Shown: positions 18,301-26,969 of the stretch, piece after piece
How the letters are laid out: each line of letters begins with the position of its first letter
How positions within the stretch are numbered: the stretch's first letter is position 1
NCBI RefSeq assembly: GCF_000981785.2
Contig: NZ_CP011304.1
Span: 3,930,001-3,962,000 of the forward strand
Reading direction: 5' to 3'
Length of the DNA stretch: 32,000 nucleotides
Origin: Microcystis aeruginosa NIES-2549
Lineage (GTDB): Bacteria; Cyanobacteriota; Cyanobacteriia; Cyanobacteriales; Microcystaceae
The notes under the pieces: model-generated
What the model was told of the DNA's origin: nothing
Seen by the model: only the letters and a program-made list of their open reading frames with translations
Databases searched by the model: none
Program-made: the position numbers and the translations under genes

Positions 18301-19365
18301 ACCCCCCACTAAAGCAAATCCCGTCAGCGAAATTACCGTATCAACAATAGCAACCGCTTCCACTCCTTTTAAGCTTTTATCCCAGAAGTATTCCTCTACA
18401 GGTTTAGAAAAATCTAATCCCCCAGCAAAAACGGGAAGGACTCGCGCACCCATAGACTCAAATTCCTGCACGAGAGCGACATAATGAGCGTCATCACCAG
18501 TAACGAGATGAGTTCTCTGTAAAATTAAGCCAACACAGGGAGCCAAGGGGTCTTTCAGGTCATCAGCAATATCACTGCGGTTATTGTACCAATCGAAGTA
18601 TTCCTTGACATCCTCGAACATTTTCATCGATAAAGGATGCCAGATACCCATATCTGGATAAACTACCGGTTCTTTGTAAACTACACTGTCATCCTTGTTA
18701 TCGAAGACGTACTTATCGGCCAACATTAACAGGAAATTCTCTAAATTTTCTGCGGAACCTCCCAGCCAATACTGGAAACTTAACATAAAGTTGCGTGCGT
18801 CCTGAGCTTTTTCCATGGGGAGGTATTTCAGGACCTGCGGTAAGGTTCGCAATAACTTTAACATCGCATCTTGGAAACCAGCACCAGAGTTTTCCTTGCG
18901 CTTTTTCATAAAATTAGCGATGACACTCTTAGACTGTCCCAATTGGGCCATGGAAAAGCTGCCTAACTTATTTAAGCGCATTACCTGGGGCATAGAGGGA
19001 AAGACAATCACCGCATCTAACTTATCCCGATGGGGACTGACAGCGGCCACGACTTTATCGGCTAAATCTTCGATAAAGATGAGAGAAGCAATGAAAATAT
19101 TAGCTTTGGCTACATCCTCTTGAAAATTGCGATAATTTTCTGCATCGCGCAGTTCTTCGATTAAATAACCACTAATTTCGATCGCTAGTTTCGGATTGTT
19201 AGCGTTGATTTCCCTGACCGCACTACTCAGCGCACTTTGGTACTGAGGTTCTAGCACGACATAGACCACCTTGACCAGCGATCGAACCCTTCGACTTGGC
19301 TCAGGGCAAGCATTCAACGCGTCAGGAACTATGTGACGAATGGTGGACTTGACGTGAGTGAACAT
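15355..19365 (-). CDS. chlH: magnesium chelatase subunit H
   Basis: 1336 aa. It matches ChlH/BchH from the N-terminus ([11 protein letters not shown]...[17 protein letters not shown]) through the whole length (…[15 protein letters not shown]…, …[12 protein letters not shown]…). Confidence 0.97.
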   Translation of the reverse strand: MFTHVKSTIRHIVPDALNACPEPSRRVRSLVKVVYVVLEPQYQSALSSAVREINANNPKLAIEISGYLIEELRDAENYRNFQEDVAKANIFIASLIFIEDLADKVVAAVSPHRDKLDAVIVFPSMPQVMRLNKLGSFSMAQLGQSKSVIANFMKKRKENSGAGFQDAMLKLLRTLPQVLKYLPMEKAQDARNFMLSFQYWLGGSAENLENFLLMLADKYVFDNKDDSVVYKEPVVYPDMGIWHPLSMKMFEDVKEYFDWYNNRSDIADDLKDPLAPCVGLILQRTHLVTGDDAHYVALVQEFESMGARVLPVFAGGLDFSKPVEEYFWDKSLKGVEAVAIVDTVISLTGFALVGGPARQDHPKAIESLKRLNRPYMCALPLVFQTTQEWEESDLGLHPIQVALQIAIPELDGAIEPIILSGRDGATGKAIALQDRVEAIAQRALKWANLRKKPKLNKKVAITVFSFPPDKGNVGTAAYLDVFGSIYEVMQALQNNGYDLQELPASPKELMEAVIHDATAQYHSPELNIAYRMSVPEYERLTPYSVRLEENWGPPPGHLNSDGQNLLIYGKEFGNVFIGVQPTFGYEGDPMRLLFSRSASPHHGFAAYYTYLNQVWKADAVLHFGTHGSLEFMPGKQMGMSGECYPDNLIGMIPNLYYYAANNPSEATIAKRRSYAETISYLTPPAENAGLYKGLKELSELIGSYQTLKDSGRGVQIVNTIVDKCLLVNLDKDISLPDGDTADLSQEERDNIVGSVYRKLMEIESRLLPCGLHVIGKPPSAEEAVATLVNIASLDREEDDLLSLPRIIANSIGRDLEEVYRNSDRGVLEDVELLQNITLATRAAVAALVKSQTDPEGRVSMLSKLNFLNIGKRSPWLETLQEMGYPKVDPVALKPLFEYLEFCLEQVCADNELGALLKALEGEYVLPGPGGDPIRNPGVLPTGKNIHALDPQSIPTLAAVKSAKIVVDRLLERQKLDNGGKYPETIACVLWGTDNIKTYGESLAQILWMVGVRPVPDALGRVNKLELIPLEELGRPRIDVVVNCSGVFRDLFINQMNLLDQGVKMAAEANEPVEMNYVRKHAIEQAKEMGLTVRQAATRIFSNASGSYSSNINLAVENSSWEDEKELQNMYLNRKGFAFDSDNPGMMADNRQLFEASLKTAEATFQNLDSSEISLTDVSHYFDSDPTKVVASLRDDGKKPAAYIADTTTANAQVRTLSETVRLDTRTKLLNPKWYEGMLSHGYEGVRELSKRLVNTMGWSATADAVDNWVYEDVNTTFIQDEEMCQRLMNLNPNSFRKMVGTLLEVNGRGYWETSQENLDRLQELYQEVEDRIEGIE

Positions 19366-19542
19366 ATATGATGGTTCTCCTTAGGATTGCTGAGTCTGGT
19401 ATGAAGTGATTTTCGTCATCAGATGACGATCGCCCTTTGTTTAAGGTATTTAGATATATGTTTCTGTTTTGTATCAGAAAATGTAACCCTGATGAGCATT
19501 TACTCTGGGTTTTGACACAATTCGATAAATATCTTGCCATAT

Positions 19543-19560
19543 TTTGTAACAGATGGTAAA
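19543..19560 (-). promoter_or_regulatory. HLR1-like direct repeat upstream of chlH
   Basis: The minus strand reads TTTACCAT ct GTTACAAA, two 8-mers with a 2-nt spacer that fit (G/T)TTACA(T/A)(T/A) N2 (G/T)TTACA(T/A)(T/A). It lies 178-195 nt upstream of the chlH ATG. A weaker GTTACATT half-site lies near 19481-19488. Confidence 0.35.
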
Positions 19561-19740
19561 GAGCTTTCTGAGTAACTGCTCAAGCTTTTCTTTACAAAAA
19601 TTAATATTTAATCTATTGACTTTTTTAATAAAAAGTGGTAACAAATAGCAACTCGGAGGAGATGTCCCTGTTCAAAGATGATCAGGGTTAGGATCTGATA
19701 AGTAGCTGGTTATAATTAAATTAAAAATGGATTTTAGGTT

Positions 19741-19836
19741 CGATCCCCCCTGCCCTCCTTGATAAGGTAGGGTTGATTCATGAATCAACCCTACCCTTGA
19801 TAAGGGGGGTGTCTGATGATTTTTAACGCCTACCTA
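19741..19836. repeat. G6/C6 hairpin repeat (inverted copy of 984-1085 family) carrying a nested 28-nt palindrome
   Basis: The reverse complement of 19795-19836 matches AAGTAGGTAG(C/G)CGTTAAAAAT(T/C)ATCAGA..CCCCCCTTAT(T/C)AAG of copy A. The perfect palindrome GTAGGGTTGATTCATGAATCAACCCTAC (19767-19794) is flanked by direct CCTTGATAAG at 19757-19766 and 19795-19804. Confidence 0.8.
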
Positions 19837-19945
19837 CTTAATTCTCTGTAATTAATTAAATTATATTAATTTTCTTGAAAATACTTGACATTACCCCCCC
19901 CTATGTTATCTTCCGCAACTGATAATGTTTTTTTCTTTGTTTTGT

Positions 19946-20479
19946 ATGTCCTTAAAAACCTCTGTAGCTGTTGCCGCTACCGCCATCGGTTTAAGTACTC
20001 TTTCCTTGGCTGCCCAAGCCGCTACCGTTCGTGTTCCTTTGACCTACGGTTCTGCGGGAACTGGTTATTTTGACATCGATGATAGTTTGTTAGCACCGAA
20101 TACAAATATCAGTTTTCCTGGTAACTTCAATGGCCTGCAAGGGTTTTCCCTCACCTTTACGGGTTTAGCCTCTAGTCCCTCGACAACCACCTTTACCCTA
20201 GCTAATTTAAACAATTGGGCCTTTCGCACCGACGGGACAGGAACAATTATTGATGCTAACTTTCGGAGCAGTGGCAATGCTGATGGTTATAAATTAGAGC
20301 CTAGTGGCGCTTTATACGCTGGGCTTATAGACCCCCTATCAGGTTCATCATATTATGACATCACGCCTGGTACTCCCGGTCCGGTACCGGTACAATCCAC
20401 CCCTGAACCGGGTGGCGTTGTGGCCCTATTGGGGTTAGGGTTGGGTGCCTTGGCTTCTAGAGGTAAGAAACGGGGTTAA
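19946..20479 (+). CDS. PEP-CTERM sorting-domain secreted protein
   Basis: Signal peptide MSLKTSVAVAATAIGLSTLSLAAQA. The C-terminus TPEPGGVVALLGLGLGALASRGKKRG has the PEP motif, a TM helix and a basic tail. I prefer the start at 19946 over 19925. Confidence 0.85.
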   Translation: MSLKTSVAVAATAIGLSTLSLAAQAATVRVPLTYGSAGTGYFDIDDSLLAPNTNISFPGNFNGLQGFSLTFTGLASSPSTTTFTLANLNNWAFRTDGTGTIIDANFRSSGNADGYKLEPSGALYAGLIDPLSGSSYYDITPGTPGPVPVQSTPEPGGVVALLGLGLGALASRGKKRG

Positions 20480-20530
20480 TGAGAGGTGAGGGTGCAAGCA
20501 GTTCGATAAACTCACTGACCACCTTGCACC

Positions 20531-20779
20531 CTAGAGGGTTTCATCGGGATTAATGCCTAATTCTCTTAATCTTGCCGTTAATTGCTCAATTTTTTGTAAA
20601 GCCAGTTCTTTTTGTTGTCTTTCATGTTCCTTTTGCTGTAAAGCCAGTTCTTTTTGTTGACGTTCAGATTCTTTCGCGTGTTTCTCCAGAATAGCGGCTT
20701 CGACCGGTGTTGGGATTAACTGACCTTTAGGACTAAAATAACGGAATTTATCGGCGTAGATCCTATTATTTTCAGTAAT
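20531..20779 (-). pseudogene. Uma2-family (DUF820) endonuclease, C-terminal remnant
   Basis: The minus-strand frame reads ...RIYADKFRYFSPKGQLIPTPVEAAILEKHAKESERQQKELALQQKEHERQQKELALQKIEQLTARLRELGINPDETL*. The tail ...LRELGI(N/D)PD is typical of cyanobacterial Uma2 proteins. There is no start codon or nuclease core. It contains a tandem duplication, CAACAAAAAGAACTGGCTTTACA twice. Confidence 0.6.
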
Positions 20780-20788
20780 CGATCGACA

Positions 20789-21664
20789 ATGTTTTTTAAT
20801 TGGATAACTTTACCCTATTTATTAATTAATCCTGTTTTAATTCCCTTGAGTATAGCTCGATCGGAAACTATTCTTGCTCAAGAAGTCAGCGATCCTAATT
20901 ATCAAAAACTGGTGCAGTACGCTCAAAATCAACAACTTGATCGCTTACCCATGGCTGATATAATCCAGAATATCGCCACTCAATTTTTAGGAGCAAAATA
21001 TCAAGCAGGATTACTCGATCGCTCGGCAACAGAAAAATTATTTATCTCTTTAAAAGAGTTTGATTGTGTCCTATTTGTGGAAACAGTTCTCGCTTTGAGT
21101 CACAATTTTGCTTTAAAAAATTATCAGTATTCTGCTTTTAGTCAGCAGGTTTTAAATCAGCGTTATCGCCACGGTATTCTCGACGGTTATTGTAGTCGTC
21201 TTCACTACTTTTCCGATTGGATTAATGACAACCAAAAACGGGGCAATCTAGAAAATATAACTCAAAAATTAGGTGGAATTACTCTTGACAAAAAGCTCAA
21301 CTTTATGAGTAAAAATCGCCCTCTATATCCCCAGTTAAAAACTCAAAGTAATTACGATTGTATTCAACAGGTAGAACGGCAATTAGAAAGTTTATCCTTA
21401 ACCTATATTCCCACCGCTAAGATTAAAGATATTTATCCACAACTACAAGCTGGAGATATTATCGGTGTCGTGACTAATATTGCTGGTTTAGATACCACCC
21501 ATACCGGTCTAGTTTATCGCTTTCCTGATGGCAAAATTGGCTTAATTCATGCCTCTCCTGCTGGTCAAATTACCATTGCTAAAGACCTAGAAAAATATAT
21601 CACTAAAGTGGACAAAGCCATCGGTATTTTTGTCGTTCGTCCCCTTGATCCAAGAAATAATTAA
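20789..21664 (+). CDS. DUF1460 / N-acetylmuramoyl-L-alanine amidase-like protein
   Basis: 291 aa with an N-terminal signal-like segment. Motifs [14 protein letters not shown] and [12 protein letters not shown] are characteristic of the DUF1460 family as I recall it. Confidence 0.7.
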   Translation: MFFNWITLPYLLINPVLIPLSIARSETILAQEVSDPNYQKLVQYAQNQQLDRLPMADIIQNIATQFLGAKYQAGLLDRSATEKLFISLKEFDCVLFVETVLALSHNFALKNYQYSAFSQQVLNQRYRHGILDGYCSRLHYFSDWINDNQKRGNLENITQKLGGITLDKKLNFMSKNRPLYPQLKTQSNYDCIQQVERQLESLSLTYIPTAKIKDIYPQLQAGDIIGVVTNIAGLDTTHTGLVYRFPDGKIGLIHASPAGQITIAKDLEKYITKVDKAIGIFVVRPLDPRNN

Positions 21665-22482
21665 CCCTGAATTGCTTGAGCTAATTGAATGTGGAGTTTA
21701 TGACTAGCTTTAAAAGCCATGTAATGAGCGGTGGGAATGGTTCCCAGTAAACTCAAATCACCAATTAAGTCCAATAATTTATGCCTTGCTGGTTCATTTT
21801 CAAAGCGTAAAGGAGGATTTAACCATTGATTTTGATCGCAGACTAAAGCATTTTCTAAACTGCCTCCTTTAATTAAACCAGCCTTTTGCAGATATTCAAT
21901 TTGATCGGCAAAACCGAAAGTCCGGGCAGACGCGATCGCATCTCGAAAACTTTCTTGATCAGGACTCCAACTATACCATTGATTACCGATGGGTTTATAG
22001 GTAAAATCGATGCCGTAGGTAAAACGTAATTCAGGAGAAGGAATCACCGCCACAAAAGCATCTCCTTCGTACAACCAAATCGGTTGAGAAATAGTTAAAT
22101 CTGATGGAGAAAAAGAGTTATCTAAACCAGCATTTTCGATCGCTTCCACCCAGATTTTGGCCGAACCATCGAGGAGGGGAATTTCCGCACCATCCACCTC
22201 AATGCGAGCATCCTCTACCCCCAACGCGGTTAAGGCCGCTAATAAATGCTCAACGGTTCTAACCTTTGCTTCTCCCTGTCCTAATTCCGTTGATAAAGTC
22301 GTTTGGTAAACCGAAGAAACTAGAGCGGGAATAATCGGTTGATTGGCTAAATCTCTGCGGACAAAATAACGTCCTTCCCCCGGATTTGCCCCACAGACTC
22401 GCACCCTGGTTATCTCCCCCGAATGCAGCCCAATTCCCGATAATTCAAATTGTTTAGCGATAGTAGAAACCATAATTATCAA
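21661..22482 (-). CDS. lpxC: UDP-3-O-acyl-N-acetylglucosamine deacetylase
   Basis: [41 protein letters not shown] and [14 protein letters not shown] motifs. The start could be M1 or M4. Confidence 0.92.
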   Translation of the reverse strand: MIIMVSTIAKQFELSGIGLHSGEITRVRVCGANPGEGRYFVRRDLANQPIIPALVSSVYQTTLSTELGQGEAKVRTVEHLLAALTALGVEDARIEVDGAEIPLLDGSAKIWVEAIENAGLDNSFSPSDLTISQPIWLYEGDAFVAVIPSPELRFTYGIDFTYKPIGNQWYSWSPDQESFRDAIASARTFGFADQIEYLQKAGLIKGGSLENALVCDQNQWLNPPLRFENEPARHKLLDLIGDLSLLGTIPTAHYMAFKASHKLHIQLAQAIQG

Positions 22483-22526
22483 GTAATAAAGCTTTGGTCA
22501 GTGAACAACAAAAAGAACTAAATTTA

Positions 22527-22575
22527 TCGATAACTGATAACTGATAACTGATAACTGATAACTGATAACTGATTA
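22527..22575 (-). repeat. (CTGATAA)n heptamer array abutting the bamA stop codon
   Basis: Five exact CTGATAA units (22534-22568) plus degenerate units on each side. The last unit, CTGATTA, supplies the complement of the bamA TAA stop (22573-22575). Confidence 0.9.
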
Positions 22576-24636
22576 GAATCGTTCCCCGATACCGAAATGG
22601 AGACGAGAACCACCATCGACATTAAAACCGTAGTCAACCCGAATTTGGCCGACGGGAGACTGTACCCGAACACCTAAACCGTAACCGAGACCAGTACCGG
22701 GTAAATCCCTGACAATCCCGGGTTGACCGGGGACATCGCCTTGGGAACCAACAGTAGTGCCGAAATCGACAAATAAAGCCCCCCCGATAATTGCGACAAT
22801 GGGAAAACGATATTCGGCCGTCGCTTGGAAATAACTGCGACCGCTACCCACTTCTCCCTCGGCGTAACCCCGTACAGAGTTACTACCCCCCACAATAAAA
22901 GCATCGTAGGGGGGTAAATCGCCTAATACTGTCCCTGCTTGCACATTAAAAGCGAGGGATTGCTGACCTTTAAAGATATCGGTTTCAAAGAGATTAAAGG
23001 AATTAATCAACCGAACGGGGATAAAGTAACTGTAACTACCCCGAACACGAGTGCCGAAAATACTGCCAGAACCGACCGGAATAGTTTGTTCTAAACCTAG
23101 ACGCAGGAAAGAACCACTGGTAGGCTGCAGGGGATTATCGCGAAAATCTCGAATAGCGCCAATATTTAGGGAAAGTAGATCATCAATTCCAGAGGAACTA
23201 AACGCCAGTTGTTGACTGCCAAAACCGTTGAGAGGTGCAGACAGAGGGGAGATGTCCCCATTGGCATTTTGCACCTGTACCTGTTGATAGTTAAAGCCTA
23301 GGGAAAGCACCCATTTTGGTTTTGTAAACACATCGGGAGCCAAAGGACGGACAAAAGTAATACCGCCACCCGTCCGGACGATACGGGGACTATCATTATC
23401 GTTCAACGTCCTAATTGAGGAATTTTCCCCATCATAAACCAGAGAAATCGACTGTCGCCGGAAAACGTTGACCGTGTAGGAAGTGCGGAAGTTATCCGTG
23501 GCAATCCAAGGATCGGAAAAACTCAGATCGAATAAAAATTCCCGTTCCCCTAACTGGACTTCTGCCCCTAAGGTTTGGTTATTACCGCCAAAATTGCGCT
23601 GTTGATAGCTAACAGTGCCGAATAAGCCCGCATTCGAGCTAATACCACCCCCAGCGGCCAGGGAACCGGTATTACCTTCCACCACATCGACGTTAACAAT
23701 CACCTCCCTTGGGTCGCTGCCGGGGGAAAAAGACAGACGCACATCCTCGAATAAACCGAGACCGAAAACACGCTGTAAATCCTGTTGCGCCGTATTGCGG
23801 TTGAAAATATCTCCCGCTTTTAGGCGCATTTCCCTAGTAATGATAAATTCTCTGGTTTTACCCTTGACCGGTTCCTGTTCGACGTTAAAGTAGCGTACTT
23901 GAATTTTTTCGATTAAACCTTCGGAAATGACCAGAATCACCCGACCATCGGGAGTGACTTGCGGCGCACCGATTACCTGGGCTAGATCATAGCCGTTTTT
24001 GCTGTACCAGTCATTGATTTTTTTGACCCCCGCCTGTAATTCCCGCAAATTGAGGGTTTTGCCGTATTGACCGGCGAAAATTTCCTCGACCACCCCGGCA
24101 GGTAAAATCGATTTGTCCACGGTTTCCGGGGCAATTTGAATCTGTACCCCCTGAAAAACGGGGTTAGGTTGCACCTCAAAGGTGACTCGCACCCCTAGGG
24201 GCGTATCTTGGGGAACTGCCCGCACATCGGCAAAAAAACCCGTGGCAAAAACGGCGTTAATATCTTCTTGTAGTTGCGATCGAGTTGTGCTTCGTCCGGG
24301 TCGGGTGCGAATGGTATTATAAACTAGATTTTCCAATTCTCGATCGGACCCCTGTACTACTACCTCAGCCACCAAAACTCGCGACTCCTCGGCCTGCGCT
24401 GGTGGGGAAGTTGGGGGAGTTTCTGGAGGGGTTGGGGTTTCCGTCGGTGGTGCCACGGGTGGAGTAGTTTCTCCCGTCGCGGGAGGAGACTGTACTAGCT
24501 GCTCGACGCGGGGAAAAACCGTCTCTGGGGGTTCTTCTTCGGCCATTACCGTCCCGTGAAATAATCCGAAAATAGCCAGCAGCAAGGCCAGCGAGGAGTA
24601 TCGCCTCGAAAAATTGAGATTTTTAAGCACTTCCAC
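22573..24636 (-). CDS. bamA: outer membrane protein assembly factor BamA / Omp85 (Toc75-like)
   Basis: 687 aa with a signal peptide, a Pro/Thr-rich linker, POTRA-like repeats and a C-terminal beta-barrel ending ...RLHFGIGERF with a terminal Phe. It lies next to lpxC, as in many cyanobacteria. Confidence 0.9.
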   Translation of the reverse strand: MEVLKNLNFSRRYSSLALLLAIFGLFHGTVMAEEEPPETVFPRVEQLVQSPPATGETTPPVAPPTETPTPPETPPTSPPAQAEESRVLVAEVVVQGSDRELENLVYNTIRTRPGRSTTRSQLQEDINAVFATGFFADVRAVPQDTPLGVRVTFEVQPNPVFQGVQIQIAPETVDKSILPAGVVEEIFAGQYGKTLNLRELQAGVKKINDWYSKNGYDLAQVIGAPQVTPDGRVILVISEGLIEKIQVRYFNVEQEPVKGKTREFIITREMRLKAGDIFNRNTAQQDLQRVFGLGLFEDVRLSFSPGSDPREVIVNVDVVEGNTGSLAAGGGISSNAGLFGTVSYQQRNFGGNNQTLGAEVQLGEREFLFDLSFSDPWIATDNFRTSYTVNVFRRQSISLVYDGENSSIRTLNDNDSPRIVRTGGGITFVRPLAPDVFTKPKWVLSLGFNYQQVQVQNANGDISPLSAPLNGFGSQQLAFSSSGIDDLLSLNIGAIRDFRDNPLQPTSGSFLRLGLEQTIPVGSGSIFGTRVRGSYSYFIPVRLINSFNLFETDIFKGQQSLAFNVQAGTVLGDLPPYDAFIVGGSNSVRGYAEGEVGSGRSYFQATAEYRFPIVAIIGGALFVDFGTTVGSQGDVPGQPGIVRDLPGTGLGYGLGVRVQSPVGQIRVDYGFNVDGGSRLHFGIGERF

Positions 24637-24907
24637 ACACCCAGTAACACCATTATGGTTTTGTTTGTTTTCTCTGCCCGAGAAATTTAACGAACGTTAA
24701 AACTCTAGCAGATCGCTTACTCTCAGTAAATCCCGGCTTGACCGGTGACTCAAGAGATACTGCCTCAGGTCTGATATTTGTCAGCCGTCAGCATTAAGTT
24801 TTTATCTTGCCATATCTTAGCTTTTTCTGGTTTGGCTCTATCCCAATTCACCATCGAGGATGATTGCCACCTCGGTGGGCGCACAATTAGTTACGCGGGG
24901 GCAGCTG

Positions 24908-25786
24908 TTAACGTCTTGTTTGTAATAACTGTACCAGTTGCGAGACCTGTTGGCGATTGAACATTTGCAGCAGGGTACTAGCTACTAATTCTGGTTCCAG
25001 GGTGATCAGGATTTGTGGTAATTTGGCGGTGGCTAATAATTGCAATTCTTGACTGACGGTGATTTCTTCCCCGCGACCCCATTCTAATAAATCACCGGCT
25101 TGTTTTAATTCCTTAATAATAACTGGGGCGAGAGTACGATAGGAATGTTTGGGGTTAGCCAGGGCCGATTGGGCATTTTTAACTAAATATTGCCATTGTT
25201 GCTGTTCTGAAGCCAATTTAGACAGAGGTAAAATTAATTTTTGTAATTGCTGACGGGAAGCACTGGTTTCTTCCTGTTTAAACAGTTGTAACATCTGTTT
25301 GAGGATATCTCTGACCCTGATAGAAATAGAAGAGTCCGCCGCAATAGCTGGGGTCGATTTTCCCCGGCCGAGAAGATAGTTAAGATGGGCGCGTAATTCG
25401 GCAAAAGTCGCTTCACCGTTTTTAACGATCGCGTTAGCTTCCTCGCCTTGCAAACCTAAGGGACTCTGCAGCTTATCGATCAATATCTGAAGCAGATCAT
25501 AACCCTTGAGGAACAAAGATTCTAATTTTTGATCCACTTCTAGGGGATTTTCTTTCAGTATTTTGAAAGCATCCTCAAGACGGTGAGCAGTTTTTTGGAT
25601 ACTGCTATAACCTAACATGGCCGCCCCCCCCTTGACGGAATGGGCGGCACGAAACATCTCGTTCATCTGTTCATTGTTGTTGACGAGATTGCCTAAGTCT
25701 AAAATCCCCTGTTCCAAAGTTTCCAGGTGTTCTTTTGCTTCTTCGATGAAATAGCCGAGAATTTTCCGAGCGTTAGCAGAGTCCAA
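24908..25786 (-). CDS. Hpt (histidine phosphotransfer) domain protein, CheA/PilL N-terminal-like
   Basis: The N-terminal ~100 aa, FIEEAKEHLETLEQGILDL...EMFRAAHSVKGGAAMLGYSSIQKTAHRLEDAF, carry the Hpt/P1 signature with the HSxKG phospho-histidine. There are no kinase domains. The start is TTG at 25786, and the first in-frame ATG would truncate the domain. Confidence 0.75.
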   Translation of the reverse strand: MDSANARKILGYFIEEAKEHLETLEQGILDLGNLVNNNEQMNEMFRAAHSVKGGAAMLGYSSIQKTAHRLEDAFKILKENPLEVDQKLESLFLKGYDLLQILIDKLQSPLGLQGEEANAIVKNGEATFAELRAHLNYLLGRGKSTPAIAADSSISIRVRDILKQMLQLFKQEETSASRQQLQKLILPLSKLASEQQQWQYLVKNAQSALANPKHSYRTLAPVIIKELKQAGDLLEWGRGEEITVSQELQLLATAKLPQILITLEPELVASTLLQMFNRQQVSQLVQLLQTRR

Positions 25787-25954
25787 AGTCTTATCCCCTT
25801 TATCACGATGCTGTCTAGTCCTAGATTGCCCAGTTTTTCAGGAAATATATCAGTTATGAGGCAATGGCTAGGAAAACCGCCCCAGACGGGGACAAGCTAA
25901 GCTCAAAGGTTTGCCCAGAAAGGCTGTGAGCTTCGAGCCACAAAAAGATATAGT

Positions 25955-26510
25955 TACAGTCTTTCTCAGATAGATGAAGTACAATAGCAACAGTGTGTGA
26001 ACCAATTACGAAGGTCTTGTTCCGAGACTTGCTTAAAAGCCTCTTCTAAAGCTTTATCTAGCTCTCGATAAGTTCTCGGTTTTAATTTTCTCAAGATTGA
26101 CTTGATTTGTGACCAAAAATTTTCAATCGGGGCAAAATCGGGAGAGTAAGGAGGTAAATAAATTAGTTTAGCTCCTTTTTCTGCCACCGCTTTATTGACA
26201 TCTTCACTGAATGAATTTTACAGTTATCGATATTGATTACCGCACCTTCCCAGAGCTTAGGAACTAATATTCGGATAATAAACGCTTCAAATAAAATCCC
26301 AGTTATCGCTCCCTATACTCAACGGATTTAGTATAAAATCTTTTTTACCCTGTCTTCTCCCAGCGACAAGGTTCCCTCTTTTTCCCCGTTTTCCCTGTCT
26401 ATCTCCCAAAACTTTCTTCCCTTTTTGTGCATCGAGCATAAAGACAGGCTGGAAATTCTTCAAACTCTCACTTATCAATAAATACAAGGCTTTCAATTCC
26501 ATATATTTTA
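25955..26510 (-). mobile_element. IS630/Tc1-mariner-type element, right half only
   Basis: TA followed by CAGTCTTTCTCAG at 25955-25969 is the terminal repeat partner of 11291-11305. On the plus strand it reads in the same direction as the other half, so the two halves are mutually inverted. Confidence 0.6.
25966..26510 (-). pseudogene. IS630-family transposase, C-terminal (DDE) fragment, frameshifted
   Basis: 25966..26187 encodes GAKLIYLPPYSPDFAPIENFWSQIKSILRKL, the DDE_3 signature. Upstream frames give IESLVFIDK(stop)...AQKGKKVLGDRQGKRGKR (degenerate LVFIDESG / KG.R...GKR blocks). Track ORF 26287..26502 is part of this wreck. Confidence 0.8.
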
Positions 26511-26969
26511 ATCAATTCTCTCAATATTATTCTGTATGGGTTGCTCGTTTCTCTTTATCTTACCCTATTTTTTACTTGTATCATAGTTATTTTAAATGAC
26601 TATATTTATCATAAAAGTCATCATCAAGCTAGAGTTTTAAAGACTGATTTGAGCCAATTATTTTTATTAATAAATATTTTACACAATTCTTGCCGGATAA
26701 GCAACATGGCCTACCACTACTACCAAATCATTACCAAACCCAATACGGCACTGTGCGGTTTCATCACCTCAATTTGGGCATAATTACCAGCGAGGGTAGT
26801 CTAGCACCCCACCCAAGGCGTTTCTAGCACATTTAAGGTAAAGGGGAAATTAAGAATTGTTGCCATCCTACAGCCAAACGTCTAGAATGGTCATTAATTT
26901 TTGTGCATGGTCGGGTCTTCTAACCGAAGGCATTGACGAAAAACACATTGTATCTGTCCTAGAGGCACT

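Noticed and set aside
15651-19123. Short ORFs inside chlH on either strand (15651..15839, 16379..16717, 17488..17670, 17703..17915, 18815..19123)
   Set aside because: They are entirely contained within the continuous 1336-aa ChlH frame, which is conserved end to end. They are alternative-frame or antisense artefacts.
19322-20277. ORFs 19322..19540, 19885..20073 and 20065..20277 around the chlH upstream region and the PEP-CTERM gene
   Set aside because: The first spans the chlH start and 5' leader. The others are an alternative frame and the antisense frame of the PEP-CTERM gene. They have non-canonical starts and no motifs.
22527-22575. Tandem repeats that could be mistaken for a CRISPR array (also 30137-30227 and 1117-1379)
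   Set aside because: The units are 7 nt and directly abutting, with no spacers. There are no ~28-37-nt repeats and no cas genes. These are STRR-like microsatellites.
26541-26783. 80-aa ORF in the AT-rich region upstream of the ACAD-like gene
   Set aside because: It has a non-ATG start, an extreme AT-rich codon content and Ile/Leu/Asn/Tyr-rich low-complexity sequence. It lies next to IS debris and is most likely non-coding.
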